DNA of 64,000 nt from positions 32,001 through 96,000 of the IMG/VR virus record IMGVR_UViG_3300034071_001210, one strand, 5' to 3'. A program made the position numbers and the translations under genes. The DNA is from a virus (Duplodnaviria > Caudoviricetes). Below, in pieces: positions 10,339 to 21,284 of the stretch; the stretch's first letter is position 1, and every line of letters starts with the position of its first letter. The notes below the pieces were generated by a model. The model was not told where the DNA came from. It saw nothing but the letters and a program-made list of their open reading frames with translations, and ran no database searches.

Positions 10339-11636
10339 TATTGTGTAAGACTAATATCAATTACAAAACTATCAATACTTAAAATTGGTTTAATTATGAC
10401 GGTCATATTTAATGTGCCGGAATTATCAATATTATTAGAACTATCACAAATAATTTGTGTTACGGCTGTATCAATAAATGTTAAATATGGATCTATTGCA
10501 CTTTCAATTTCAGAAGTAACTTGTGCTCTAGTTGTAGAATTGTTAATTTCAAAAAGATACTTTAGACCAATTGCATCCAAATCTTTTCTTAATGCTGAAC
10601 GTAAACGAGATGGTCCAACTCTGTCATAACTTGTAAGTGCTCCACTTGCAGTTGCACCAACAATATCTGAACCTAAGAACTTTGGATTGTAATTTACAAA
10701 GAAATTTACTTTATTATTTCTTAATGTGGTTTTTAATGAATCATTCCAGTCAATAGATGATGATACGTTTCCATTAAGAATTGTTGACCTATCAAGACCA
10801 GCCACTGAAAGATATAATTCATTTCTGTTTTTTGCTCTTGCAAAAAATCCACCAACATCTGTAGAAGTTGGTAGTTTGTATGTGATTTGAGTATTTGCTT
10901 GTAATGTAGAGGTATCTAAATTTGAAACATCTTTGACACCATAAACATTAAAGATTCGGTTGGCAACCGTTGTTCCGGTTACAAGAGACGCACTACCAAA
11001 CAAGGAAGCATAATTTGCCATTGTGTAACCACTACCAGTTACACCAGTAATATCTGCAATAGAAGGAAATATTCCTGTTGTGTATGGTTGGTCAATCAAC
11101 CAGGTGCACAGTGCACTATTGGCTTCTTGACCAATAATAACATCTAGATAATTTTCAGTAGTTGCAATATAGTTGTCAAAGCCAACTGGGTCACCAACAA
11201 TAACCAGTGTACCACCATAGGCTAGAAAATTAATTGCATTTAGAAAATCGTTTCCAGCGGGTCTTGCTACAAGTTGAACTTTGTCATCTATTGTTCCGGC
11301 TGTTTGGAAGAAACCAAATGTTCCACCAGCAGAAGGATCTGAAATCAAACATGATGTGATACCGGACAACTGGTTCAAATCACCAACAAGTTCCTGTGGT
11401 GTTGTGTATACAATATACGTAGATGAGGTATAACCCTTGGCAGGACTATATAAATTTGCTCTAGAATAGACTAACCATCCAAATAAACCACCTGGATCAT
11501 TACTGGCTGCACCACAAATACCATTAAAGGTAATTCCGGCATATGTTGAACCCAATTTCATACCACCTAATAGATCTAGAGTGGTGCTTTCAGTAGAATA
11601 TTGGCTGGCGTTAATAAAGGAGCTAAGTGATGGCAT
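10338..11636 (-). CDS. gp18: Tail sheath protein (short, 432 aa)
   Basis: AINFLAYGGTL, VAGLDRS, YLFEINNSTTRA, IICDSSNN, IKPILSIDSF; synteny gp17-gp18-gp19. Confidence 0.85.
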   Translation of the reverse strand: MPSLSSFINASQYSTESTTLDLLGGMKLGSTYAGITFNGICGAASNDPGGLFGWLVYSRANLYSPAKGYTSSTYIVYTTPQELVGDLNQLSGITSCLISDPSAGGTFGFFQTAGTIDDKVQLVARPAGNDFLNAINFLAYGGTLVIVGDPVGFDNYIATTENYLDVIIGQEANSALCTWLIDQPYTTGIFPSIADITGVTGSGYTMANYASLFGSASLVTGTTVANRIFNVYGVKDVSNLDTSTLQANTQITYKLPTSTDVGGFFARAKNRNELYLSVAGLDRSTILNGNVSSSIDWNDSLKTTLRNNKVNFFVNYNPKFLGSDIVGATASGALTSYDRVGPSRLRSALRKDLDAIGLKYLFEINNSTTRAQVTSEIESAIDPYLTFIDTAVTQIICDSSNNIDNSGTLNMTVIIKPILSIDSFVIDISLTQ

Positions 11637-11670
11637 TTATTTTCCTTATGATGTCAAAATATTTAGCATT

Positions 11671-13326
11671 TTAACTAGGATACCAAATCACCCCATCCTG
11701 GACATATTCACCTTCGTCATCTTCTGAATGTGTAGAAGGCATGAATAGAATATTATCATCTTCTGGTTTTTTGGCATCCTCGTAACTAAATTGTGCCTGT
11801 TCGATCAAATCAGAAAAATATTCTTGTCTGGTTAACCATGCAAAAAACACCAAACTCATTACTAAGTCGTCATGTTGACCATCTTCAGCCTTATAGGTAT
11901 TAGATTTGGAAATAAATGACATCAATTCAACAATAATACGCTCATCATTTAATATGATCTTATTTTCTTCAATTAACCGTTTAAGAATAGCACAACCAAT
12001 TTTTTTAGTTTGGGCAGTCGTTCTTATACCCATTTCATTTTTTCCAACCCCACCAAAGCCTTGAGACAAAATTTGTCCTTTTCGACCCATTACTTTTGTC
12101 ATCAATACATTTTCGTATTCTAGATCGGTGTGTAAAATATTGGAAACCTGTCCACCCAAGTCATTTGTTTCAATTAAAACATATGCATTATTATATGCTT
12201 TGGCTGAATTAAATATAACTGTTGGAAAATTAAATGGGCTAATAGTATTATTTCTATAGGTAGCAACCACTTTGTATGGTGTGCTAGTTCCATCAATTAC
12301 CGTAAATGCAGAATAGTCAGACCCCTGTCCACGAGATACGTCAGCCTGTAAAAAATAAATTTTATCGGTTTGTGGAATTTCATATACTCTATGACCTTCT
12401 ACATTTTCAGAAATTGGTTCTTCCGGAGCAAGAACATTTAATTTTGTTGATGAAATTAAAGTATTAGAAGATCCTAAGAAACTGCAACCATACTCTTGGT
12501 TAAACTGTTCTTGGCTTGTATTGGCAATCTGTTCTTCTGCCCATTCTTGATTGCGTCTAGGTCCACCTGGAGTTATTGGAACTTGAGTCCAATCAACTTC
12601 AACGGGTACAAATCTATTTTTTGATTTATGTCCTGCAGGTCTATTAGCATCTACCCAAAGTTTATGAAAATGATTCATACCATTTGGAGTTGAAACAATT
12701 ATTAATTTGGTAGTCAAACCTGCCGAAATGGTTGGATACGTGGAAGAATAGAATTCTTCCGCAATATGCGAAGGTAAGAACGCGTACTCATCCAACAACA
12801 ATAGGTTATAAGAGCCACCACGGATCGCTGAAGACGATGTTGCATCGCAGACGACTCTAGACCCGTTTTCCAATTTAAAACTCGTCTTGTTCCATTCTAC
12901 TACTCCTTGTTGCAGGAAATGTGGTAGATTTTCATAGGCTAATTGAAGTTTAGCAAACAATTCATCTTTTGCTGTTTTTAACTTATTGGCAAGAATAGCA
13001 ACATTTACGCTTTGATTAAAAGTAACATAATGGCAAATATACCCAATAACAGAAGTAGACTTGCCAGATTGCCGAGGCCATTTTGAGATTACAAAACGAT
13101 TTTGATGAATCTGTTTTACAAATTCTTCCTGATAATCATACAACTTGAAAGGCATGATACCCTTATCAAGAGTTTTAACTTTTACATATTTACTACAAAA
13201 ATATACAGGATCATTGGCACATTTAACATATTCTTCCAGTTGCTCTTTAGTATACTGAATATCAATGCCAGGTGGCTTTAGTTTTGGGTTATTTCTATAA
13301 CCTTGATTACCGTTGTTTAGACTCAT
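11671..13326 (-). CDS. gp17: Terminase large subunit
   Basis: PRQSGKS, LLLDEYAF, VSTPNG, ADVSRG, HDDLVMSL. Confidence 0.97.
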   Translation of the reverse strand: MSLNNGNQGYRNNPKLKPPGIDIQYTKEQLEEYVKCANDPVYFCSKYVKVKTLDKGIMPFKLYDYQEEFVKQIHQNRFVISKWPRQSGKSTSVIGYICHYVTFNQSVNVAILANKLKTAKDELFAKLQLAYENLPHFLQQGVVEWNKTSFKLENGSRVVCDATSSSAIRGGSYNLLLLDEYAFLPSHIAEEFYSSTYPTISAGLTTKLIIVSTPNGMNHFHKLWVDANRPAGHKSKNRFVPVEVDWTQVPITPGGPRRNQEWAEEQIANTSQEQFNQEYGCSFLGSSNTLISSTKLNVLAPEEPISENVEGHRVYEIPQTDKIYFLQADVSRGQGSDYSAFTVIDGTSTPYKVVATYRNNTISPFNFPTVIFNSAKAYNNAYVLIETNDLGGQVSNILHTDLEYENVLMTKVMGRKGQILSQGFGGVGKNEMGIRTTAQTKKIGCAILKRLIEENKIILNDERIIVELMSFISKSNTYKAEDGQHDDLVMSLVFFAWLTRQEYFSDLIEQAQFSYEDAKKPEDDNILFMPSTHSEDDEGEYVQDGVIWYPS

Positions 13327-13753
13327 TATTCACAACCTCTGCTTCGATTACTTTATCGGTGCTTCTATCTTTATTTAAGAGGTTCTGAAGATCCTTGGTC
13401 GATCCAACAAAAACTGAATTATTTGTTTGTGAAACTTTGGTATTAGATGAGGTAGTATCTTTGGCTTTCTTATGAACATCTAAAACATTGTTGTTTAGAT
13501 CTGCCATAGTTTTTAAGAGAATGGCAACAACTTCAAATGCTCTTGGACTATCAGATTCGGTAGCAACCTTTAATGCACTTTCAAGGGCTATAGTTCCATT
13601 CCCAAGCAAATCCTTTAAATTTGATTGAACCAACTCATAATCTTTTTGAAAATTATTATTGTCAAACGTACCACCAGATGTTGCTTTTGGTTCTGCGATT
13701 ATTGCAGTATCAGGAACATCAAACAATTTAACCAAATTTTTATTAATATTCAT
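13307..13753 (-). CDS. gp16: Terminase small subunit
   Basis: DYELVQSNL, SPRAFEVVA, NNSVFVGSTKDL. Confidence 0.9.
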   Translation of the reverse strand: MNINKNLVKLFDVPDTAIIAEPKATSGGTFDNNNFQKDYELVQSNLKDLLGNGTIALESALKVATESDSPRAFEVVAILLKTMADLNNNVLDVHKKAKDTTSSNTKVSQTNNSVFVGSTKDLQNLLNKDRSTDKVIEAEVVNNESKQR

Positions 13754-13755
13754 AT

Positions 13756-14418
13756 TTAATCTTCAAAAATTACACCACTGTTGGATGTAGTAACCGCTGT
13801 TGCTGCCTTTACTTCACCAAATATCCAAGATTTTGCTATAAATTGGAATGATGCAATATTTAATCTTCTGCTACTTAAATCACCTTCATATTTTTCAGTT
13901 AAACTATTTGTTACCATAACAATTGGTATCTGAACATCTTGTTGAGTTTCATTCATATTCATTGTTATAATATGGTCTGGAACAAAATATGGCATAATTT
14001 GTTCTACAATCTGCAACATATCATCTGTGTGTCTGGTATAAACAAACAAATTAAATGATACATTTACAGGAATCTTTGATCCAATTTGAGTTCCCGAAGA
14101 TTGACATGTTCCATTAACATTTGTTAAATTCAAGATTGGTGCAATACGATTTAAACGGCGAGTTGGATCTGGAACAATAGTATTAATAATATAACTAATA
14201 ATTGGTAATTGAGTTTCAATACGAGTACCATCAGTTATAGAAGAAGGTTGTAATAAACGTTGAATAAACTTTTCTTGAGGAGAATAGTGAATGGGAACAC
14301 GAATATTAAAACTAGTAGATGTATCTGGTTCAATGCGAGCAACTTCAATCTTGCTAAACAGTGAACCAAAACCAACTACAAGTTTTCTTAAATTTTCGTT
14401 GTAATAGTGTCCAAACAT
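13756..14418 (-). CDS. gp15: Tail sheath stabiliser / completion protein
   Basis: MFGHYYNE..RKLVVGFGSLF, VPIHYSPQEKF, QIVEQIMPYF. Confidence 0.92.
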   Translation of the reverse strand: MFGHYYNENLRKLVVGFGSLFSKIEVARIEPDTSTSFNIRVPIHYSPQEKFIQRLLQPSSITDGTRIETQLPIISYIINTIVPDPTRRLNRIAPILNLTNVNGTCQSSGTQIGSKIPVNVSFNLFVYTRHTDDMLQIVEQIMPYFVPDHIITMNMNETQQDVQIPIVMVTNSLTEKYEGDLSSRRLNIASFQFIAKSWIFGEVKAATAVTTSNSGVIFED

Positions 14419-14426
14419 ATTAATCC

Positions 14427-15101
14427 TTATGTGTTACCAGGTTGATCACATTCTGAAAACGGATCATTTGGATCAAATCCATAACAATTGCCTTCAGTCT
14501 GTAGTACGTCATTAATACCAAAGGTGGTACCAAGAACATTATTTAATGGAATATGCAAGGCTCCAGACAACCCTGTTGTAGATGTATATGGAACATTGAC
14601 TGCTGTATTATTTGTTTCAATTTTCTCATAACTGTAAGTGAAGAGTTCTGCAGTTATTTGATATGAATATAATTTTCCTAATGGATATAGGGGATTTTCA
14701 TGTTCAACAAAATTAATTTCAAACAATGATTTTGATAAAGGTAAATAGATAAGATCACCTTCACGGGGTCTAATGATAGTAGAATCGATATCCGTAACTT
14801 CTTGTTTAAATCTTTTACGTGCAAAAACTAAAGTAATCTTATCTTTAATTTCTAAACCAAATTGTGTAATGACATCTGTTCCGTCAAAGCTCTTATATGA
14901 CTGAATAAACATCTCTAACGTATATGCTTTTTTAAATGAAGATGATGGATCTTCACCAAAAATTTTATCTATTTGAAAATATTTACGAGGAACATATACC
15001 AAATCTTGACCAATACCTTGAATTAGTTCAACGGTAATATCTTCGATCAGAGTTTGTTCTGGTCCGTACCTGGTACTATTGATGTAAGGATTAATAGCCA
15101 T
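14427..15101 (-). CDS. gp14: Neck protein
   Basis: MAINPY, YVPR, FGEDPSSSF, RPREGDLIY, FEINFVEHENP; ATG at 15101 preferred. Confidence 0.92.
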   Translation of the reverse strand: MAINPYINSTRYGPEQTLIEDITVELIQGIGQDLVYVPRKYFQIDKIFGEDPSSSFKKAYTLEMFIQSYKSFDGTDVITQFGLEIKDKITLVFARKRFKQEVTDIDSTIIRPREGDLIYLPLSKSLFEINFVEHENPLYPLGKLYSYQITAELFTYSYEKIETNNTAVNVPYTSTTGLSGALHIPLNNVLGTTFGINDVLQTEGNCYGFDPNDPFSECDQPGNT

Positions 15102-15102
15102 A

Positions 15103-15933
15103 TTAACCAATCATTGGATCTACAGGTAGTTCCTGTGTTTTTAACAACATTGCTTCAATTGTATCAAGTTCGCGTACAGCATCTTGCATTATGGCTGGAG
15201 CATTTAATTGTGCGCCACCCGGTAAAGGCATACCAGTATACTTCATTAAATTCTGAGCCCATTGTTTTTTCAATAATGCGGCATAGTGTCTTTGGAAAAT
15301 ACGATCACTCCATATTTTTGGATAATATTCTGGATTTACTTGTACATATGCTTCTACCATAACATATTGATTTTGCTTAATATTTGCCCATTCACTTTCT
15401 AAAAATAAACGATCTGTTGTTTTTGTATATGTAAATGATGATGGGTAATTAAATACATCATTGATCATAGAAATATATGTCATTGCTTCCATATACAAAC
15501 CCATAGGACCCTGAGAATAACCACTTTGATTAAAATACAAACCAAAGAAGTCAAATAGAGTCATCTGGTATCTCAAATCAAACATATAATCACCAACAAC
15601 AGAACTTGGACTATATACTTTGCTAATAGTTCTAATATCTGCAGCTGCTGGCCAAAATGATGTAACCCCAGTAGTTGAAGATGTAACTGGTTGTGCACCA
15701 ATACTATATCCAAAGGTACTAACATCAAAATATTTATTTGCTATGATATTGGATGTGATAGGTACAACAAATTGTGCACGTTCATTAAAGTCAAAATGAC
15801 GTTCGTGCATGTATTCTAATGATTCATCTAAACGGTCTTCAGCTTGCTCAGAATCAATATTAATTTGAATTACTGGTGCACCTAGTCGTCTATATGTAAA
15901 ATCAATGAATTCTTGTCTAGTTGTAATTGCCAT
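15103..15933 (-). CDS. gp13: Neck protein
   Basis: RRLGAPVIQINI, KKQWAQNLMKY, LPGG. Confidence 0.93.
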   Translation of the reverse strand: MAITTRQEFIDFTYRRLGAPVIQINIDSEQAEDRLDESLEYMHERHFDFNERAQFVVPITSNIIANKYFDVSTFGYSIGAQPVTSSTTGVTSFWPAAADIRTISKVYSPSSVVGDYMFDLRYQMTLFDFFGLYFNQSGYSQGPMGLYMEAMTYISMINDVFNYPSSFTYTKTTDRLFLESEWANIKQNQYVMVEAYVQVNPEYYPKIWSDRIFQRHYAALLKKQWAQNLMKYTGMPLPGGAQLNAPAIMQDAVRELDTIEAMLLKTQELPVDPMIG

Positions 15934-15941
15934 AGAAATAT

Positions 15942-16397
15942 TTATGAATTCTCAATGATTTTATTTATTTTTTCAATCATCTCTTCTTTTTCTTCACTTG
16001 AACCTATTGTTACTTGAATAAGTTCCAATTCCTTTGGATCAATTGTTTCAATCATTTCTTTTCGCAATTTAACTTCAATGGGTTTAAAATTTGGGTCATA
16101 ATTACTAAATCCTGGCATTTTCATTGGACAATTTAAAACTGGATAATCTAATTTTGAATAATCATCCGAACTCTGTATCAACCATGTGTGTGCCTTATCC
16201 CCACAGCCACACCCACCACAGTAACTTTTGGTTGAATCTACTGCACTAGTTTTTAAAAATACACATGGAGTGGTAATACTACTACTACCACCAAAACAAG
16301 ACAGCACTCTAAGCTGTTTTGTTTGAATATCCGTTTTTTTATTGCCAATTCCTCTAGATGTTAGAGAAGCAGCAAACATCATCATTTTTTGAAACAT
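15942..16397 (-). CDS. Cys-rich hypothetical protein (R..SC...C...CGGCGC...KL...CP)
   Basis: ATG at 16397 just after the upstream stop; Cys pattern resembles 30556..31230. Confidence 0.7.
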   Translation of the reverse strand: MFQKMMMFAASLTSRGIGNKKTDIQTKQLRVLSCFGGSSSITTPCVFLKTSAVDSTKSYCGGCGCGDKAHTWLIQSSDDYSKLDYPVLNCPMKMPGFSNYDPNFKPIEVKLRKEMIETIDPKELELIQVTIGSSEEKEEMIEKINKIIENS

Positions 16398-16401
16398 AAT
16401 C

Positions 16402-17037
16402 TTATAAAGTTGTATAGTTAACAGCCATACCAGCAGGAACAACATACAAAGCAATAAATGGTTTAAATTTTTCTATATCTGAAAGCAATGCACTTGTTAC
16501 TTTAATGTCTATGTTAGTAAAATTGGAAGTGGTAACAGTAACATCACTGATTGAAAACCCAAGAAGTGAACAGATCAAATATTTAATTGCACTTGGTGTA
16601 CCTTTAATATCAAAATAATTTGAATCAGATTTTACTAAAAATCTTCTTATATTAGGAAGTATTGGGCTTAAATGTGATTGAGAAAAATCAGCATTTGGAA
16701 AATAAAAATCAGCAACTGCTTCTAAAAATATAGAATTCATAAACAATGGAACTCTAATATTTTCCCAATTTAGTTGTGCACCATACCCGTATTCTTGACT
16801 TAATAACCATCTTAAATAATTTTTAATTATTGGAATAATTGCAACATTATTTGGATCAGATTGATATGACTTTATAATCCATTGTGGAAATAAAGATTCT
16901 ATTGTAAGATTGTCTCCTAACCATTTAGAATCATTTCTATCTTGAAAATCACTACCATATAGACTGCTAGCTCTCGCAGTGGTAATTGCATTTTTTACAT
17001 TATAAGAAACAGGTTGTTCTTTAAGAAAGAAAATCAT
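16402..17037 (-). CDS. Baseplate wedge subunit (gp7-like, short)
   Basis: FPQW, YLRWL, KGTPSAIKYL, VVPAGM; follows gp6. Confidence 0.6.
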   Translation of the reverse strand: MIFFLKEQPVSYNVKNAITTARASSLYGSDFQDRNDSKWLGDNLTIESLFPQWIIKSYQSDPNNVAIIPIIKNYLRWLLSQEYGYGAQLNWENIRVPLFMNSIFLEAVADFYFPNADFSQSHLSPILPNIRRFLVKSDSNYFDIKGTPSAIKYLICSLLGFSISDVTVTTSNFTNIDIKVTSALLSDIEKFKPFIALYVVPAGMAVNYTTL

Positions 17038-18113
17038 AGTCGATATACCAAGTTTATACCAGCTACAGATCTAGCATTTAAATATGATAGTAGTAGCGAT
17101 TGATTATTAGAAGATAAACCAGTAACATAAATATTAACTGTTCCAGGAACACAGCAATCCGTTGCTACAGTAATAAGTGAAGAATCCGATGTTCCTGAAA
17201 TACCAGAAGATAAAATGGCATTAACAAAATCGTTAATTGTTACACATCTATCTTGTCCCGTGGCTTTAAATAATAGTCTACATCTGGCTTCTGTTACAGA
17301 AATTTGACTATATCCACCGGAAGGTGTTGCATTTGTTACAAACGTAACGTCAGATCTTGCGGTTATAGCAGCGTTATTACCAGAGGTTCCATTTGATGTT
17401 ACTGCTTTAATTAATACTGAGTTTGATGTTTGTATTTCCAATGCAGATACAAAATTATTTGTAACAATAAAACCTTTAGGACCATTGATTACTGTAAATG
17501 TTTTATTATTTCCAACAATACCCGTAGAACTTTTATCTACTCTAGTCCATTCAGAGTATGTGGATCCACCGTTTACATTTTCATAAAAAGAAATAGTATC
17601 TGGATCAACGGTGTATGGTAGTTCACATGATTGAGTATCGTAGTTATAATTTGTATAAGACACTACTTCAGATCCAGAATACAATTTTAAAGATTTGCTT
17701 ACACCAGAATTTACAGTATCGATATTAAAAAAGAACGTATCAGCACCGGTTGTAGTTTTTGCTTTAAATGAAGTATATGGGTATAAGGTTGCACCAGCAG
17801 CAGTAACGGTTCTAGTACACGTAGCACTTTGAGATGGTGCTATAAGTACAGAATTATTTGCAGCAATTCCCAAAATACTTGGTAATAAAGTTGTGGTAGT
17901 AGCAAAAGAATTTACATAACCATATTGAGCATATATTCCATTATAAGCGGTAACAGTAGAAAGAATATTTAATATTAAATTTGCAGTACTAGCATTATTT
18001 GTAAAATCAATATCCTGTAATTCTGGTTGATTATTAAAAAATGTTGTGAGTGATGATTTAATCTCACTAAAATCCAAAGAGGCAACATTGAGGTTTTTGA
18101 GTTGGTATGTCAT
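17034..18113 (-). CDS. gp6: Baseplate wedge subunit (short)
   Basis: LNVASLDFSEIKSSL, QDRCVTINDF. Confidence 0.85.
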   Translation of the reverse strand: MTYQLKNLNVASLDFSEIKSSLTTFFNNQPELQDIDFTNNASTANLILNILSTVTAYNGIYAQYGYVNSFATTTTLLPSILGIAANNSVLIAPSQSATCTRTVTAAGATLYPYTSFKAKTTTGADTFFFNIDTVNSGVSKSLKLYSGSEVVSYTNYNYDTQSCELPYTVDPDTISFYENVNGGSTYSEWTRVDKSSTGIVGNNKTFTVINGPKGFIVTNNFVSALEIQTSNSVLIKAVTSNGTSGNNAAITARSDVTFVTNATPSGGYSQISVTEARCRLLFKATGQDRCVTINDFVNAILSSGISGTSDSSLITVATDCCVPGTVNIYVTGLSSNNQSLLLSYLNARSVAGINLVYRL

Positions 18114-18493
18114 TATAGTTCGACTTCAATAAATGTAGAGGTATTTGATTGTTTTATGATGCCATCAGAAGTTGAAAAGTAAATTAAAAATTGAAATACT
18201 GTATCTGATGCATATTGTACATTTACTTTAACATTTGTTAAAGATGGTATAGCAGAATTTATATATGCTGCCATATTATTTTCTAAAAGCCCAATATTTG
18301 CTTGTCCATCAAAAATATAACTAAAATAATCAGATCCAAGATTAATATCGGAAACCAATTCACCTTTTTGTGTTTTACATACATTTTCAATATATTGTGA
18401 ATATGCATTAAAGCCACTAACCAAACCAATATCTTTTTTGGTTGATGAAGAGTTTATCTTTTCCAATAATATTGAAAAATCTTTAATAGCCAT
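18113..18493 (-). CDS. gp25: Baseplate wedge/sheath initiator gp25-like
   Basis: KDFSI, TQKGELV..INLGSD; ATG at 18493 just after TATAAATA. Confidence 0.75.
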   Translation of the reverse strand: MAIKDFSILLEKINSSSTKKDIGLVSGFNAYSQYIENVCKTQKGELVSDINLGSDYFSYIFDGQANIGLLENNMAAYINSAIPSLTNVKVNVQYASDTVFQFLIYFSTSDGIIKQSNTSTFIEVEL

Positions 18494-18506
18494 TAGAATA
18501 TTTATA

Positions 18507-19307
18507 TCATGGGTAAATTGGGACATCTAGTGTTATCCCAGTGTAATCGCCAGCAATCGTTGTTAACGCTAATGCGGATTCATGTGTACCAGAACTAGTA
18601 ACGACATGTTTAATTCCTGTAATATAATAAACACCATTTAATATAGCACTTTTTGATGCATATGGGTATCCACTTATACCATTAGAATTTAAACGAATTG
18701 TTTGTCCAACTTTTAACTTAAAATCACCCGGAATAGTTACATCTATTTTTCTTCCATATTGCAGAGCATCTGTAAATTCTGCTCTTTTTACTGGAGTTTC
18801 TACTGGAGTATTCCAAAAAGATGCTACATTTAATCTAAGTTTGATATATGCTTCATACTTCGGTCCTATATCCGGACAACTGCAACTATATGGTGCGGAA
18901 GGAGTTCCCCAAAGACATCCTAACCACTGTTCACCCAACCCTTCTGTGCTATTAATTTTATCACACTCTTCATTAGAAGTATCAAAATACACATCTACTG
19001 GTAGTGACGAATTTAATCTATTGAGTGCTGGTGGACACCCAGTTGGTCCTTCCCACAATGATACACCACCGGAACTTCCAGAAACACCTTCAGATTCTTC
19101 TATGGCTGGTTTATAGAATCCAACTGCTTCTGCAATTTCTTTAACTCCAGGAAAACTTTGAAAACATTCTTCAATAGTTCCCGGTGTGCTTGTAACACCA
19201 CGTGTAATAGAGGAATTAGCACATTCATAACTATCACGACTAATAACCGGATAGAATGATTCTTGTCCTTGGTTTGTACCGTATGTGTATATTTGTTTTG
19301 ATGACAT
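18507..19307 (-). CDS. Baseplate hub protein, C-terminal part (gp27-like)
   Basis: IPGDFKLKVGQTI and GVYYITGIKH motifs typical of hub/VgrG-like C-termini. Confidence 0.6.
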   Translation of the reverse strand: MSSKQIYTYGTNQGQESFYPVISRDSYECANSSITRGVTSTPGTIEECFQSFPGVKEIAEAVGFYKPAIEESEGVSGSSGGVSLWEGPTGCPPALNRLNSSLPVDVYFDTSNEECDKINSTEGLGEQWLGCLWGTPSAPYSCSCPDIGPKYEAYIKLRLNVASFWNTPVETPVKRAEFTDALQYGRKIDVTIPGDFKLKVGQTIRLNSNGISGYPYASKSAILNGVYYITGIKHVVTSSGTHESALALTTIAGDYTGITLDVPIYP

Positions 19308-19321
19308 CTAATATCCTACCT

Positions 19322-21277
19322 TTAACAGGTTCCATCCAAGACATTTTCAATCCAGAAAGAGGTTACACGTGTTTTTGCATCAATTTGTTCAATGCAAACT
19401 CTGGCAATATGGTTTATATCACCACCACTAACCCCGATAGTAGAACTTGTAGTGGCACCAATAGGTCTAAACTTAAATGATGCTGATGTTGGGCTAACCC
19501 ATCCTGGTGGTAAATAAGAACCAGATAAACCTCGTTCATTTAAGTTGATTGCCCAAGTATCATCTTGTGTTGAACTAGATTTTTTACTGGGATCCAAACA
19601 CCATTTTTCTAATTGGTGACTATATGTTGTACATCCAGATATACCAGCTACAACAGCTGCACCGGAACTACCACATGTTCCACAAGTTACACCTTCATGT
19701 CCTGGTTCAAATAATATTTTATTCCACTTATATCTGTAAAATTTAGCAGAACCTGGTAATGTTGGATCTGGTGCACACGTTACTCCATAATAGGTATTAT
19801 CTGGTTCATATCTTTGAAGAACAGCAAAGAAACAATCTTCATTTTTACCCATACAACATAATGAATACATTACAAAATTTTGTGCTTCGATTTCTCTAAT
19901 TTTTTCTAATCTACCAGCAGCGGCTGATGCTCCAGATGCTCCACCAGAAAATATATCATATCTAATATCCACTACCTTTTGTAAATTTGTTTCAGCTCCA
20001 GGAAGGTCATCATTATCAGGATAATCTGGATGTATGGGTGTAACATCAAACATGTTTTTCCACATATCTGGACTATCCAAAAATGGCATAAATCCATCAA
20101 GACCCATTAAACTTAATGATTTATAATTATTTTCAACACCATATTGATTATAAATTGTATTCGTAATAGATTTACTATTACTAGGAACTTGTCCATCATA
20201 ATACCCCCATGAGTTTTCTGGAATTAGTTGATCACCGCCCTGTGGTGCATCGGTTCCTCGCCCCGATACAGTTACAACATCAATATTGTATTTTTGTCCA
20301 TCATCTTGAAATTGAAATGTAAGATTTTTTAATGCTGTATTTTTTGTAGTATTTTCTGCATCTAATTCGGCATTTATTTTTGCATCACCTGTTAACCCAT
20401 CTGGGATTGTTATCGTTGGAAGTGTGTCCAAATATTTTGGTGTTTTTCTAATATAATAATAGTTTTTAGAAATCCATTGGTATGCTGGATTAGATGCTAA
20501 AAAATATGCTTTTCTGTATTGTTTTTTATCAGACAATTTTTGAATAACTGCATCACCTTTAAATATACCAACATTTCTTACATCAGCATCCATCGAGGCA
20601 TATGATGCGTCATCTAGAATATTTCGTTTAAATGATTTAAAATTAACATCACCAGCCATACCAGTCCAAAATATAAAATTTGGTTCCCCAAAGTCGTCAA
20701 CAGCACCAGTAGAAAGATAATTAAACAACTCAATTGCATTATCTGGAATACTTTCTTCACCAGAATTATATGGTGACAGTGGTTTATATAAAAAATAATT
20801 TGATGCAGAATCATTCCACCCAGATCCAGAGGTTACTCCAAAAGTAAATCTTAATTGTTCTACAAGTTCATTTATATGGAATACTTTAGGTTTCTTAAAA
20901 CCTAAAAGCGAATTTAATGAATTTGTAGAAAAATATTTATAATAATGATTTGTAAAATTTATAGAAACTAGCGTATCGTCACTATCTGATCCCGCATTAT
21001 TAATATAAGAAACGCTAGTAACATCACAATCCCATTTTTTACCATCAAAAAATTCAATAATAACTTTATCAATAGAATTAGTGTTAACATAACTAACAAT
21101 ATCTTTTAAATCTGTAACAACCACGGTTCCACGTGGTAAAACCTCTGTAATATTTTCTACTATTTCTATTTTTTCAAATCTGCATTCTGTGTTTTGTTTG
21201 CTTATTTCTAAACCACCAACAAAAACCGATTTAATAGTAGAATATGCTGGGTTAAACTGTGATTGTGTATTTGGCAT
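19322..21277 (-). CDS. Baseplate hub protein, N-terminal part (gp27-like) with Cys-containing extension
   Basis: IEIVENI...PRGTVVVTD, FIFW....VNFKSF motifs; follows gp53. Confidence 0.55.
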   Translation of the reverse strand: MPNTQSQFNPAYSTIKSVFVGGLEISKQNTECRFEKIEIVENITEVLPRGTVVVTDLKDIVSYVNTNSIDKVIIEFFDGKKWDCDVTSVSYINNAGSDSDDTLVSINFTNHYYKYFSTNSLNSLLGFKKPKVFHINELVEQLRFTFGVTSGSGWNDSASNYFLYKPLSPYNSGEESIPDNAIELFNYLSTGAVDDFGEPNFIFWTGMAGDVNFKSFKRNILDDASYASMDADVRNVGIFKGDAVIQKLSDKKQYRKAYFLASNPAYQWISKNYYYIRKTPKYLDTLPTITIPDGLTGDAKINAELDAENTTKNTALKNLTFQFQDDGQKYNIDVVTVSGRGTDAPQGGDQLIPENSWGYYDGQVPSNSKSITNTIYNQYGVENNYKSLSLMGLDGFMPFLDSPDMWKNMFDVTPIHPDYPDNDDLPGAETNLQKVVDIRYDIFSGGASGASAAAGRLEKIREIEAQNFVMYSLCCMGKNEDCFFAVLQRYEPDNTYYGVTCAPDPTLPGSAKFYRYKWNKILFEPGHEGVTCGTCGSSGAAVVAGISGCTTYSHQLEKWCLDPSKKSSSTQDDTWAINLNERGLSGSYLPPGWVSPTSASFKFRPIGATTSSTIGVSGGDINHIARVCIEQIDAKTRVTSFWIENVLDGTC

Positions 21278-21284
21278 AAATGTA

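Noticed and set aside
11671-13326. Intein or intron in terminase, portal or capsid genes
   Set aside because: Lengths are typical and no splicing motifs are seen
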